From: an uncultured delta proteobacterium | Lineage (GTDB): Bacteria > Desulfobacterota > Binatia > HRBIN30 > BPIQ01 | DNA: 64,000 nt | NCBI GenBank assembly: GCA_963761335.1 | Contig: CAVXGR010000007.1 | Span: 103,651 to 167,650, forward strand | Direction: 5' to 3' | Shown here: one piece after another, positions 30,147-39,802 of the stretch | How positions within the stretch are numbered: position 1 is the stretch's first letter | Layout of the letters: each line of letters begins with the position of its first letter | Position numbers and translations under genes: made by a program | The notes under the pieces: model-generated | The model's input: only the letters and a program-made list of their open reading frames with translations | The model's database searches: none | What the model was told of the DNA's origin: nothing

Positions 30147-31586
30147 ATGCCGCAGCCACAAGCGAAGCACATCGGAATCATCGGCGGGGGATTTGCCGGC
30201 CTCACCGCCGCCCATCGCCTTCTCGCCGCCGGCCATCGCGTCACCGTCTTCGAGCGCTCGCACCAGCTCGGCGGCCTGGCCATGACCTACGACATCGGCG
30301 GCGCCCGCCTCGAGAAGTACTATCATCACCTGTTCACCAGCGACGAGGACATTCTCAGCCTGGCCGCCGAGCTGGGCGTGCCGGTCCGCTGGCTCTCTCC
30401 GGTGATGGGTATGCTGCACGGCGGGCGCGCCTACAACTTCACCTCGCCCGGCGATCTGCTGCGCTTCTCGCCTCTGCCCGCCGCCGACCGCGTCCGCTTC
30501 GGCGCCGTCGCTCTCTTCTTGCAGCGCTTTCCCAACGGCCGCCGCTTCGAGGACGTCACCGCGGCGCAGTGGTATCGCCGCTTCATCGGACCGCGCGCCT
30601 ATGCGGCGATCATCGGTCCGATGCTGAAGGCGAAGTTCGGTCGCAATGCCGAGAAAGTGGCGATGGTGTGGATGTGGGGCAAGATGCGGCTGCGCGGCAC
30701 CTCGCGCAAGCAGGGAGGACTGAAGGAGAGCCTGGGCTATGTCGAGGGAAGCTTCGGGGCCTTGATCGATCGACTCGCGGAGGAGATCCGCCGGCGCGGC
30801 GGCGAGATCCTGCCCGGGCACGTGGTGCGGCGCCTCGAAGGCGGCGCGCCGAGCCCACAGCTCCGCGGCCTGTGTCTGCCGCAGTTCCTCTCCGCCCTGC
30901 GACCGCCCACCAATCACGTCGCACCGGCGCAGGAATGGGCGACACCGCCGCGGCAGCCCCTCACGGTGGTCACCGACCGCGGCACGTCCAGCTTCGACGC
31001 CGTGCTCAGCACGCTGGCGCCGGTGCTGCTGTCGGATCTGGCGCCACAGCTCCCGCCCGAATGGCACCGCATCGCCCGCGGCCTGGAGTACTCCGGTGTC
31101 CTGTGCACGACCATGCTGTTGAATCACCAGCTGTCGCCCATCTACTGGATGAACGTCAGCGACCCCTCGGTCCCCTTCGGAGGCCTCATCGAGCACACCA
31201 ACTACATCCCCCGCGAGGAGTACGGCGGCCGCCACATTCTCTACTTCTCGCACTACACCTATCCCGACGAGGAGTTCTACAACCTGCCCTCGCGCGCCGT
31301 CCTCGATCGCTACCTGCCGCATCTGCGGCGCATCAACCCGGACTTCGAAGAGAGCTGGATCGACAAGTGCATCTTCGCCCGCGACCGCTTCGCGCAGCCG
31401 ATCGTCGGCACCGGCTTCCGCGATCGGCTGCTCCCCTACGTCACTCCGGTCCCCGGCCTCTTCAGCGCCTCGATGGCGCAGATCTTTCCAGAGGACCGCG
31501 GCACCAACTACGCGGTGCGCGCCGGCAATCAGGCGGCGGATGTCGTGCGCGACTTTCTCGCGGCCGCCGCACCTCGCGACGACTGA
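30147..31586 (+). CDS. FAD-dependent oxidoreductase (protoporphyrinogen oxidase/amine oxidase-like)
   Basis: [42 protein letters not shown]. Confidence 0.85.
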   Translation: MPQPQAKHIGIIGGGFAGLTAAHRLLAAGHRVTVFERSHQLGGLAMTYDIGGARLEKYYHHLFTSDEDILSLAAELGVPVRWLSPVMGMLHGGRAYNFTSPGDLLRFSPLPAADRVRFGAVALFLQRFPNGRRFEDVTAAQWYRRFIGPRAYAAIIGPMLKAKFGRNAEKVAMVWMWGKMRLRGTSRKQGGLKESLGYVEGSFGALIDRLAEEIRRRGGEILPGHVVRRLEGGAPSPQLRGLCLPQFLSALRPPTNHVAPAQEWATPPRQPLTVVTDRGTSSFDAVLSTLAPVLLSDLAPQLPPEWHRIARGLEYSGVLCTTMLLNHQLSPIYWMNVSDPSVPFGGLIEHTNYIPREEYGGRHILYFSHYTYPDEEFYNLPSRAVLDRYLPHLRRINPDFEESWIDKCIFARDRFAQPIVGTGFRDRLLPYVTPVPGLFSASMAQIFPEDRGTNYAVRAGNQAADVVRDFLAAAAPRDD

Positions 31587-31624
31587 GGGTCCGGCGACCG
31601 GGCCAACCGGCGGGCCGTCCGAGG

Positions 31625-32395
31625 TCAGCGCACCAAGTGGGCGCGGGTGAAGGTCATGTCATCCAGATCGGCGTTGAACTTGACGTCGTCGATCTTCAGG
31701 GTCGAGGTGGTGTCGTCCCGGACGTTCTTCATCTGCTGGACCATGGGCGTCAGCACGTCGTCGATCTTCTCGAGCTTCGAGGTGCTCCATACCTTGAGCA
31801 GCTTGCCCTGCAGATCGTAGAAGTCGGTGCGCAGCGCCACCAGGTTCTGCGGATCGATGTAGCTGACCGTCTTGCTGTACAGCTCGCCTTGCATCTTCTT
31901 GGGCGTGCTCTGCACCATCTTCGTCGCCTTCCCGTCGACCTCCTTCTCGCCGACGAAGGTGTAGTTGTAATCGTCGAGAGTCGGCGCCACCAGATCGGAG
32001 ACATAGAACGTCGAGCCGAGGAACTGCTGCTTGCGAGCATCGTCGGAGACGCGGATGGCGCGCGGCACCGAAGGCACCTTGATGTACTGCTCGTCCGGCG
32101 CGTCGGGCTTCTCGTAGAAGAGAAAGCGGGTGTCGGCGACGTCCTGCGGCGAGATGACCTCCATGTAGGTGGAATCGATGCCGTTGACGCGTTTGTGCTT
32201 CAGCTCCAGCTGCCGCTCCCAGCCGCGGTCGGATGCCAGGGTCACGCGCGCCGTGAAGGGATTTTTGGGCACATTGTCCAGCATTCTCTTCACCAGGTCC
32301 CGAGCGCTCGTGTCCTCGGCCCGCGCCCGCGGCACCACAGACAGCAGCGCGGTGATCAGCACCAAGCAGACGCCCCATCGCATAAAGACTCTCAT
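31625..32395 (-). CDS. Outer-membrane lipoprotein-sorting (LolA-like) protein
   Basis: Signal peptide; SPQDVADTRFL; FLGSTFYVSDL; FYDLQGKLLK; FT..L terminus. Confidence 0.8.
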   Translation of the reverse strand: MRVFMRWGVCLVLITALLSVVPRARAEDTSARDLVKRMLDNVPKNPFTARVTLASDRGWERQLELKHKRVNGIDSTYMEVISPQDVADTRFLFYEKPDAPDEQYIKVPSVPRAIRVSDDARKQQFLGSTFYVSDLVAPTLDDYNYTFVGEKEVDGKATKMVQSTPKKMQGELYSKTVSYIDPQNLVALRTDFYDLQGKLLKVWSTSKLEKIDDVLTPMVQQMKNVRDDTTSTLKIDDVKFNADLDDMTFTRAHLVR

Positions 32396-32444
32396 GACGA
32401 CCTCCATGAATTTCGACGGCGGCACCGCCACCGTGTGGACCTTC

Positions 32445-33779
32445 TCATTGGGCACCCTTCACGGGCAAGGTAATGCGGAAAGTCGAGCCGCGATTCGGCT
32501 CGCTTTCGACCTCGAGTCGACCCTGATGCTTGGCGACGATGCGATAGCTGATCGCCAGGCCCAGACCGGTGCCGACGCCGACGCCCTTGGTGGTGAAGCC
32601 GGGATCGAAGATCTTCTGCCGGTGCTCCGGCTTGATGCCCCGGCCGTTGTCGCCGATCTCGATGACCACGGACTCGCCCTCGGCGCGCGAGCGGATGGTG
32701 ATCACTCCCGGCCCCTCGATTGCCTGGGTGGCGTTCACCAGAATGTTCAGAAAAACCTGGTTGAGCTGGTTGGCGTAGCAGTCCACCTGCGGCAGGCGGC
32801 CGTACTCGCGGCGCACCTCGATACGGTTCTTGGTCAGGTGGGCCACCAGGGTCAGGGTCGAGTCCAGCCCCTCGTGCAGGTCGGCCGGCTTGCGCTCGGC
32901 CTCGTCGAGGCGAGAGAAATTGCGCAGGCTACGCACGATCTCGGCGATGCGGGCGCAGGCCTCCTTGCTGATGCGGATCACATCGCCGGCGCGCTCGGCG
33001 TAGCGCCGCGCCGGCGAGTCCGGTATCCCCTCGCGAATGCGTTCGAGGGCGCGCCCCAGCAGGTCGGTGTTGCTCGACACCGCCCCGAGCGGCGTGTTGA
33101 TCTCGTGGGCGACGCCCGCGACCAGCTGCCCGAGAGCCGCCATCTTCTCCGATTGCACCAGCTGCGCCTGTGCCTCCTGCAGCTCCGCGAGGGTGCGGCG
33201 GAGGGCGGCGGTGCGCTCCGCCACCTCCTCCTCGAGGTTCTCGTAGAGCCGAGCGTTCTCGATGGCCACGCCGCCCATGCTGGCGAGCGCCTCGAGCAGC
33301 TCCTGATCGGCGTCGGTGAACGGCCCACCGCGCCGGTTGAGAACCTGAATGACGCCGATCACCCGTTCGCGCGCGCGGACGGGAACGCAGAGGATGGAGC
33401 GGGTCGCAAAGCCGGTCTCGGCATCGTACCGCTGTCCCTGCCAGCGCGGGTCTCCGGGGGCGTCCTCGATGCGGATGGCCTCGCCGGTCGCGGCGACCGA
33501 GCCGCTGATGCCGCTGCCGATGGGAACCGAGAGGGTGCGCAGGCGGTTGGCGCCCTCGCCGAGGGCGACCTCCCAGTGCAGCGTCTGCGCCGCCGTGTCG
33601 ACGAGCATGACCGAGCAGGCCTCGGCATCCATGGCCTCGCCGGCGCGCTCCATCATCACCCGCAGCAGCTCAGAGAGATGCAACGTCCGACAGAGCGCCG
33701 TCCCCACCTCGATGAGGATCGACACGGCGTCGGCGCGGGCCGGGCCGTTGGCCGCGAGGGCCGGCGCCCGCGGCTTCAC
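32445..33779 (-). CDS. GAF-domain histidine kinase
   Basis: GAF ([25 protein letters not shown]); [33 protein letters not shown] start overlaps the HAD stop. Confidence 0.92.
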   Translation of the reverse strand: MKPRAPALAANGPARADAVSILIEVGTALCRTLHLSELLRVMMERAGEAMDAEACSVMLVDTAAQTLHWEVALGEGANRLRTLSVPIGSGISGSVAATGEAIRIEDAPGDPRWQGQRYDAETGFATRSILCVPVRARERVIGVIQVLNRRGGPFTDADQELLEALASMGGVAIENARLYENLEEEVAERTAALRRTLAELQEAQAQLVQSEKMAALGQLVAGVAHEINTPLGAVSSNTDLLGRALERIREGIPDSPARRYAERAGDVIRISKEACARIAEIVRSLRNFSRLDEAERKPADLHEGLDSTLTLVAHLTKNRIEVRREYGRLPQVDCYANQLNQVFLNILVNATQAIEGPGVITIRSRAEGESVVIEIGDNGRGIKPEHRQKIFDPGFTTKGVGVGTGLGLAISYRIVAKHQGRLEVESEPNRGSTFRITLPVKGAQ

Positions 33780-34456
33780 GTGCGCAGATCCTCGGGGCGA
33801 AAGGCGGCGGTCTCGGCGACCACCGCATCCGCTTCTGCCAGCTCCTCGAGGCTGTGGTTGGTGGCCACCGCGACCACCCGCATACCGGCGGCGCGGGCCG
33901 CCTCGATGCCGCGCCGGGAGTCCTCGACGACCACGCACTCCGCCGCCGCCAAGATCGGACTGGCATGCCGGTTGAGCCGCTCGAGGGCGCACAGGAATGG
34001 GTCCGGCGCCGGCTTGCCGGCGCGCACGTCCTCGGCGCCGACCACGGCGGCGAACAGCGGCAGGACATCGGCGCGGCGCAGAATCGGCTCGATCTCGTCG
34101 CGGAAGGCGCCGGAGGCGACGGCGATGAGAAACGAGGCGTGCCAGCGCCGCAGCGATTCGGCCACGCCCGGATAGAGCGTCACCGCCTGCGCCTCGACGG
34201 CAAACGCCCGTCGCTTGCGAATCACCAGCTCATCCAGGTGCATCTCGCCGCCGAGGCGGCCGTGCTCGGCGTAGAGGTGCTCCAGACAGGCGCGATCGGT
34301 CAGGCCGAGGTAGCGGTCGTAATAGGTCTGCCGTGGCAGCGACAGGCCGTCGCCGGCAGCCACGGCGCAAAAGGCCGCCCAATGGAGATCCTCGGTATCG
34401 GCGAGGACGCCGTCGAAGTCGAAGATCAGGGCGCGAATTGGTGGCAGGTTTCCCAT
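33776..34456 (-). CDS. HAD-family phosphatase (beta-PGM/CbbY-like)
   Basis: FDFDGVLADTE; ASG; KPAPD; VEDS..GIEAARAAGM. Confidence 0.92.
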   Translation of the reverse strand: MGNLPPIRALIFDFDGVLADTEDLHWAAFCAVAAGDGLSLPRQTYYDRYLGLTDRACLEHLYAEHGRLGGEMHLDELVIRKRRAFAVEAQAVTLYPGVAESLRRWHASFLIAVASGAFRDEIEPILRRADVLPLFAAVVGAEDVRAGKPAPDPFLCALERLNRHASPILAAAECVVVEDSRRGIEAARAAGMRVVAVATNHSLEELAEADAVVAETAAFRPEDLRT

Positions 34457-34497
34457 CGGCTCTTCAGACCTGTTATAGGTCCTCGGTAGTGAAGTCC

Positions 34498-34992
34498 ATG
34501 ACGACACAGGACAGCCCTTCCAGCATTCTCCTGGTCGACGACGAGTCCGTGGTGCTCGAGAGCCTCGCCGCGCTGCTCGAGCTCGAGACCGATCACGCGG
34601 TGCGTACCGAGACCTCGCCGGCGCGCGCGCTCGAGCTCTGCAAGACCATGCCCGTCGACATGGTGGTCTCCGATTTTCTCATGCCCGAGCTCGACGGCAT
34701 CCAGTTCCTGCTCGAGGTGCGCCGCATCTACCCGGAAGCCACCCTGATCCTGCTCACCGGCTACGCCGACAAGGCGAACGCGATCCGCGCCATCAACGAG
34801 GTCGGCATCTTCCAGTACCTCGAGAAGCCCTGGGACAACGACGACCTGCTGACCGTGATCCGCACCGGGCTCGACAAGCGCCTGCAGCTGCACCGCCTGT
34901 ACGAGCGCGCCCGCGAGCTGGAGGCTCGGGTCGAGCAACTGGAGCGGGTCAACGCCGCGCTCGAGCAGCGCCTGCGACAAGCGGGGAGCTGA
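34498..34992 (+). CDS. Response regulator receiver with a C-terminal coiled coil
   Basis: LLVDDE, SDFLMP, LTGY, KPW. Confidence 0.9.
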   Translation: MTTQDSPSSILLVDDESVVLESLAALLELETDHAVRTETSPARALELCKTMPVDMVVSDFLMPELDGIQFLLEVRRIYPEATLILLTGYADKANAIRAINEVGIFQYLEKPWDNDDLLTVIRTGLDKRLQLHRLYERARELEARVEQLERVNAALEQRLRQAGS

Positions 34993-36427
34993 CGGCTTCG
35001 TCTTCTCCCGGGACGACCGCCCGCGGCTGCTTCTCGCGCTTGCGCCAGCGCCACAGGCGCGCGTCTCGCGTCTCGCCGTCACCGGTGACCGCAAAGTAGA
35101 CGAAGAAGGCGTCCTCTTCGACCGGCACCCAGGTGCCGACGTTGACGTAGTGGGCACCGTTCTCGAGCGGCCACACACCGGCGCTGTGCGAATGACCGAA
35201 GACGACGTGCGGCACGCGGAACAGCGTGGAGATGCGCTCGGCGTTGTGCTGCAGCTGCGCCGCCTGGGTCACGTAGCCGAAGCGGATGCTGGCAATGTAG
35301 GCGAACAGGGCGATCGCGGCCAGCGCCCCGAGGAGCGCCAGCAAGCCGACCCGCGCCGGATAGAAGACGATGATGGCCAGCGCGGCGAGCGCCAGGACCG
35401 CTCCACCGATCAGCAGATCGATGGCCAGAAAGCGGGCCGTGGCCATGCGATTACGCATCACGGGAGTGGAATGCATCGCATCGACCGCCTCCGCCGTTCC
35501 GGGCGGCAGGTCGTAACGTTGGTTGAATGCGGCGACGCGCCGCTCCTGCTCGGCGCGCACGGCGCTCTCGGCACCGGGCCGCCGCGGGCCGCTCTTGGCG
35601 AGGATGCGGCGCACCATGGCGGTGTAGAGACGAAAGACACGCGGCAGAATCTGCAGGTTCCCGCGCACCACCCAGCCGATGTACTCGCTCACCGACTTGA
35701 TGTTCTCCGCGGCCATGGCGTTCAGCATCTTCATCTGATTGGTGAAGTAGCGGATGGAGAGCTCGGAAATCGCCATCTCGATGCGCCCGGTCCGCGTCGG
35801 CACCACCGGGTAGAGGAAATACTCGAACGAGCAGAAGGGATCGTACTGGCAGCCGTGCTCGACGTAGAGCAGGCCGGGGATATAGTGGAACCACTGGGGA
35901 AACTGCACCCGCTGCGCCACCGCCTCCTTCATCGCCATGTAGCTCACGTCCACGGGATGGTGCTCGGCAATCAGCCGCCGAAAATGGTCCTGCACCTCGG
36001 GCCAGTACATCTCCGAGTCATGGTTGCCGCGCAGCAACAGGATCTCGTTGCCCTCGGCGACGAAGCGCGCCAGCGCCAGCAGCAGCTGTGGGTGGCAGCT
36101 GCGCAGGATGGTGTCGAGCTTCCAGCGGGATTTCTCCGGCTCGGTACCGGCGCCGTAGCGGTACTCGCTGTCGAGGAAGCTGGCGCCGCGCAGCATGCGG
36201 TCGCTCGGATCGGGGAGATCGGTGATGTAGAGAAACTCGACGAAGTCGCCGCCGATGATCAGCTGCCAGATGCGTCCCGGCGTACGGTTGAGCCGGTAAT
36301 AACGGAGAAAATCGGCGAACTCCTCGTCGAAGTGATAGAGGGCGTGCGTCGAGCTGGTGTAGCCGCCGCGGAGGTGCAGATCGCTGACGATGAGGATGTC
36401 GCGGGAAGGCTCCGAGTCGTTGGGCAT
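34949..36427 (-). CDS. Calcineurin-like metallophosphoesterase with an inserted TM hairpin
   Basis: SDLH, GD, GNHD, EHG and GHSH motifs; two TM helices precede the last motif. Confidence 0.82.
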   Translation of the reverse strand: MPNDSEPSRDILIVSDLHLRGGYTSSTHALYHFDEEFADFLRYYRLNRTPGRIWQLIIGGDFVEFLYITDLPDPSDRMLRGASFLDSEYRYGAGTEPEKSRWKLDTILRSCHPQLLLALARFVAEGNEILLLRGNHDSEMYWPEVQDHFRRLIAEHHPVDVSYMAMKEAVAQRVQFPQWFHYIPGLLYVEHGCQYDPFCSFEYFLYPVVPTRTGRIEMAISELSIRYFTNQMKMLNAMAAENIKSVSEYIGWVVRGNLQILPRVFRLYTAMVRRILAKSGPRRPGAESAVRAEQERRVAAFNQRYDLPPGTAEAVDAMHSTPVMRNRMATARFLAIDLLIGGAVLALAALAIIVFYPARVGLLALLGALAAIALFAYIASIRFGYVTQAAQLQHNAERISTLFRVPHVVFGHSHSAGVWPLENGAHYVNVGTWVPVEEDAFFVYFAVTGDGETRDARLWRWRKREKQPRAVVPGEDEAVSSPLVAGAARARR

Positions 36428-36483
36428 GCGTGCCTTCTACCAAGGAGCAGGTCCTCCGGACAATCGCGACCCCTGGAAATCGC

Positions 36484-36555
36484 CGGGAGCGCGGCCAGCT
36501 TGACCGCCTCTGCTCTCTGACAGCCCACTTGCGGCCGGGACGGCCGCGCTCCCAG
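36484..36555. repeat. REP-like element (GGGAGCGCGGCCGTCCCGGCCGC family)
   Basis: gggagcgcggcc..tgcggccgggacggccgcgctcccag; related copy tgcggccgggacggcggcgctcccag at ~2542-2567. Confidence 0.55.
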
Positions 36556-36653
36556 AGGCCCGCTATCTCCCGATCGTCTTTGACAGTGGCGCCGCCTTTC
36601 TCTAAGCGTCCGCACAGGCATCTCATGCTGTCGCTCGATCCCGGTGCCGGCCG

Positions 36654-38858
36654 ATGAGCTGGCGCACCCTCGCACCCATGCGCCTGGCGGTGCTGCTCGC
36701 CATCATGCTCTCGCTGCTGCGCTTTCACGGCTGTCTCTACCTTCACCTGATGGACGTGCGCGCCATGGACTACCGCTTCATCGAGCGCGGTCCGATCCGG
36801 CCCGGGCCGGAAGTGGCCATCGTCGCCATCGACGATCCGAGCGTCGCCACCGTCGGCCGCTGGCCGTGGTCGCGCGCCATCCTGGCGCACCTGGTCGACC
36901 GCGTGTCCGCCGGCCAGCCGGCGGTGATGGGATTCGACATCACCTTCTCCGAGTCGTCGGAATTTCCCGAGGGCGACGGCATCAGTCCCCGCCCGGCCGG
37001 CGTCGACGACCGCACCTGGGCGGAGGTGCAGCGCGCTCTGCGGGCCCAGGACGACATGCTGGTGGGCTCGCTGCGCGACTCGGGCCGCGCCGTGCTCGGC
37101 GCCTTCTTCGTCTTCGGCAAGAAGGCCGGCGGCCCGCAGGCGCCGGCGGCGGGTGCCGCCGACAGCGTTTCGACCTACAACCTGGTGCTCGGCAGCGGCG
37201 GCGAGGAAGGGCGCGCGCGCGTCAAGGAGGCCGCGGCGCTGCGCGGCAATCTCCCGGATTACACTGCAGCGGCGCGGGAGATCGGCTATTTCAACATTCT
37301 CCCCGACGACACCGACGGCGTCATCCGCCGCATGCCGCTGGTGGTCCGCTACGACAAGCGCATGACCCTGCCGCTGTCGCTCGCCATCCTGCGCGTCTAT
37401 CGCCCCGACCGGCCGCTGGCGGTGCAGCTGCGCGACTACGGCGTCGACGCGGTGCGCTTCGGCTCCGAGACGGTGCCGGTCGCGGAGGACGGGCAGATGC
37501 TGATCAACTACCGCGGCCCGGGACGCACCTTCCCGCACTACTCCGCCATCGACATCCTCCGCGGCAAGGTCGCGCCCGAGACCTTCCGGAACAAGATCGT
37601 GCTCTTCGGCGTCACCGCCACCGCGGTCTACGACATCCGCGTCACTCCCTTCGACGACCTGTTCCCCGGCGTCGAGATGCACGCCAACGTCATCGACAAC
37701 ATCCTGCGCGGCGACTTCGTGCGCCGCCCGCGGGTGCTGGTGCTCGCCGATCTGGCGGTCATCATCGCCGCCACCCTGCTGCTGGGCGTCGCCCTGCGCC
37801 ACAGCCGCGGCGTCAACGCGGCGCTGGTGGCCGTGGCCGCCGCCTTCGCCTATCTCGTCGGCAGCCAGTGGCTCTTCACCCGGCACGGCATCCCGCTGAG
37901 CGTCATCTATCCGCTGCTGGCGGTGGCCCTCACCTACACCGGTATCTCGGTGCAGCACTTCATGACCGAGGAGCGCGAGAAGAGGAAGGTGCGCAAAGCG
38001 CTCGAGCTCTATCTCAGCCCGTCGATGGCGGCGCTGGTGAGCGAGCACCCGGAGGAGCTGAAGCTCGGCGGCGACAAGCGGGAGCTGACCGTCTTCTTCT
38101 CCGACATCCGCGGCTTCACCACCATCGCCGAACGCCTGGCACCGGAGGACTTAGTGGAGCTGCTGAACCAGTACCTCGGCGCCATGACCGATATCGTCTT
38201 CGCCCATGACGGCATGCTCGACAAGTACATTGGCGATGCGGTGATGGCCGTCTGGGGGGCACCGCTACCGCAGGCCGACCACGCGCGCCGCGCCTGCGTG
38301 GCGTCTCTGCAAATGGTCGCCAAGCTCGAGCACCTGAACCAGAGCTGGGCGCCGCGCGGCTGGCCTCCCCTGGAGATCGGCATCGGCCTCAACTCCGGCC
38401 CGATGGTCTTCGGCAACATGGGCTCGGCGCAACATCTGAGCCTCACGGTGATGGGCGACAACGTCAACCTGGGCTCCCGCCTCGAAGGCCTCAACAAGAT
38501 GTACGGCACCCACATCATCGTCAGCGAGGCGTGCCTGCAGGAAGCGGCCGACGCCGTCGTCGCCCGCGAGCTCGACCTGGTGCGCGTGAAGGGAAAGTAC
38601 GAGCCGGTGCGCATCTTCGAGCTGCTGGCCCTCGCCGAGGACCGCGAGCCCTGGAGCCGTCTGCTGGAGCACTTCAATGCGGGGCTGGCCGCTTACCGGC
38701 AGCGGCGCTGGGACGAGGCCGTCGCCCACCTCTCCGCGGTTCTCGAAGAGCGCCCCGGCGACGGACCGGCAGCGCTCTACCTGGCGCGCTGCCGCACCCT
38801 GGCCGACTCGCCGCCCCCCGTCGATTGGGACGGTGTCACAGTGATGGAGTCGAAGTAG
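36654..38858 (+). CDS. CHASE2-domain class III adenylate cyclase with a C-terminal TPR-like element
   Basis: GRWPWSR and PGVEMHA (CHASE2); 3 TM; FSDIRGFT, DKYIGD, TVMGDNVNLGSRLE; WDGV tail. Confidence 0.93.
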   Translation: MSWRTLAPMRLAVLLAIMLSLLRFHGCLYLHLMDVRAMDYRFIERGPIRPGPEVAIVAIDDPSVATVGRWPWSRAILAHLVDRVSAGQPAVMGFDITFSESSEFPEGDGISPRPAGVDDRTWAEVQRALRAQDDMLVGSLRDSGRAVLGAFFVFGKKAGGPQAPAAGAADSVSTYNLVLGSGGEEGRARVKEAAALRGNLPDYTAAAREIGYFNILPDDTDGVIRRMPLVVRYDKRMTLPLSLAILRVYRPDRPLAVQLRDYGVDAVRFGSETVPVAEDGQMLINYRGPGRTFPHYSAIDILRGKVAPETFRNKIVLFGVTATAVYDIRVTPFDDLFPGVEMHANVIDNILRGDFVRRPRVLVLADLAVIIAATLLLGVALRHSRGVNAALVAVAAAFAYLVGSQWLFTRHGIPLSVIYPLLAVALTYTGISVQHFMTEEREKRKVRKALELYLSPSMAALVSEHPEELKLGGDKRELTVFFSDIRGFTTIAERLAPEDLVELLNQYLGAMTDIVFAHDGMLDKYIGDAVMAVWGAPLPQADHARRACVASLQMVAKLEHLNQSWAPRGWPPLEIGIGLNSGPMVFGNMGSAQHLSLTVMGDNVNLGSRLEGLNKMYGTHIIVSEACLQEAADAVVARELDLVRVKGKYEPVRIFELLALAEDREPWSRLLEHFNAGLAAYRQRRWDEAVAHLSAVLEERPGDGPAALYLARCRTLADSPPPVDWDGVTVMESK

Positions 38859-38861
38859 GAA

Positions 38862-39029
38862 TGGTGACTCAGTGGCTCAGTGGCTCGGTATCTCGGTAAC
38901 TGACTGACTGAGCTACTGAGATACCGAGCTACTGAGATACCGAGCTACTGAGCCACCGAGCTACTGAGCTACTGAGCTACTGAGCTACTGAGTCACTGAG
39001 ATACTGAGTCACTGAGATACTGAGTCACC
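38862..39029. repeat. 8-bp tandem repeat tract (ctactgag variants) with an inverted left arm
   Basis: About 15 units of ctactgag/ataccgag/tcactgag, preceded by reverse-complement units ctcagtgg/ctcggtat; lies between convergent genes. Confidence 0.85.
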
Positions 39030-39033
39030 CGTC

Positions 39034-39786
39034 TCATCCGATCTGATCGGCGACGCTGATCAGAGTCGCGGTGATCTGGTGCTCGGGATAGCGCAGGCAG
39101 AAGACGCCGCCGCTCGCCAGGCGCACCATGTCCTCCGACAGCGGCAGCACGCCGGCGACGTCGACGCCGTAGGTCGCCTGCACGCGGGCGCGCACCGCCT
39201 CAAAATCGAAGGAGGGCAGCACCTTGTTGACCAGGATGAGCATGCGCGGCACCTCGAGGCGGCGGGCGAGGTCGACGGTGACCGCCGTCCCCTGGTAGTC
39301 CTGGTGATCGGCGCGCAGAATCACCACCAGCGTCTCCGACATGGCGATCGACAGCAGGGTCTCCTCGTTCACCCCCGGATGCGTGTCGATGAACAGATAG
39401 TCCAGCTGCAGCCGCGTGATCAGATCGCGAAAGCCGTCGTTGAGCATGGCGACGTCGTAGCCCTCGCGCAGCACCTTGGCGATCTCGCCGGCGTTGAGGC
39501 TCGAGGGGATCAGCAGCACGGCGCCGGGTGGGTTGATCCCCAGGCCCTTGCTCACGTCGTAGGCCGCATCCTCGATGGCGCAGCGGCCCCAGAGATAGTC
39601 GTTGAGCGCATGGCCGATGCTCTCCTCCTCGAGGCCGAAGAGGACGTGGATCCCGGGCGACTGGATGTCGGTGTCGATGACGCCGACGCGCTTGCCGCGC
39701 CGGGCCGTGATCGCCGCCAGATTGGCCGTCAGGTTCGACTTGCCGGTGCCGCCCCGGAACGAATGGATCGATACGATCTGAGACAC
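39034..39786 (-). CDS. MinD/ParA-family ATPase with an RGGTGKS Walker A
   Basis: IVSIHSFRGGTGKS, DTDIQSPG, IDTHPG, VNK; GTG start at 39786. Confidence 0.88.
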   Translation of the reverse strand: MSQIVSIHSFRGGTGKSNLTANLAAITARRGKRVGVIDTDIQSPGIHVLFGLEEESIGHALNDYLWGRCAIEDAAYDVSKGLGINPPGAVLLIPSSLNAGEIAKVLREGYDVAMLNDGFRDLITRLQLDYLFIDTHPGVNEETLLSIAMSETLVVILRADHQDYQGTAVTVDLARRLEVPRMLILVNKVLPSFDFEAVRARVQATYGVDVAGVLPLSEDMVRLASGGVFCLRYPEHQITATLISVADQIG

Positions 39787-39802
39787 GCGTACCCCTTGCG
39801 GC

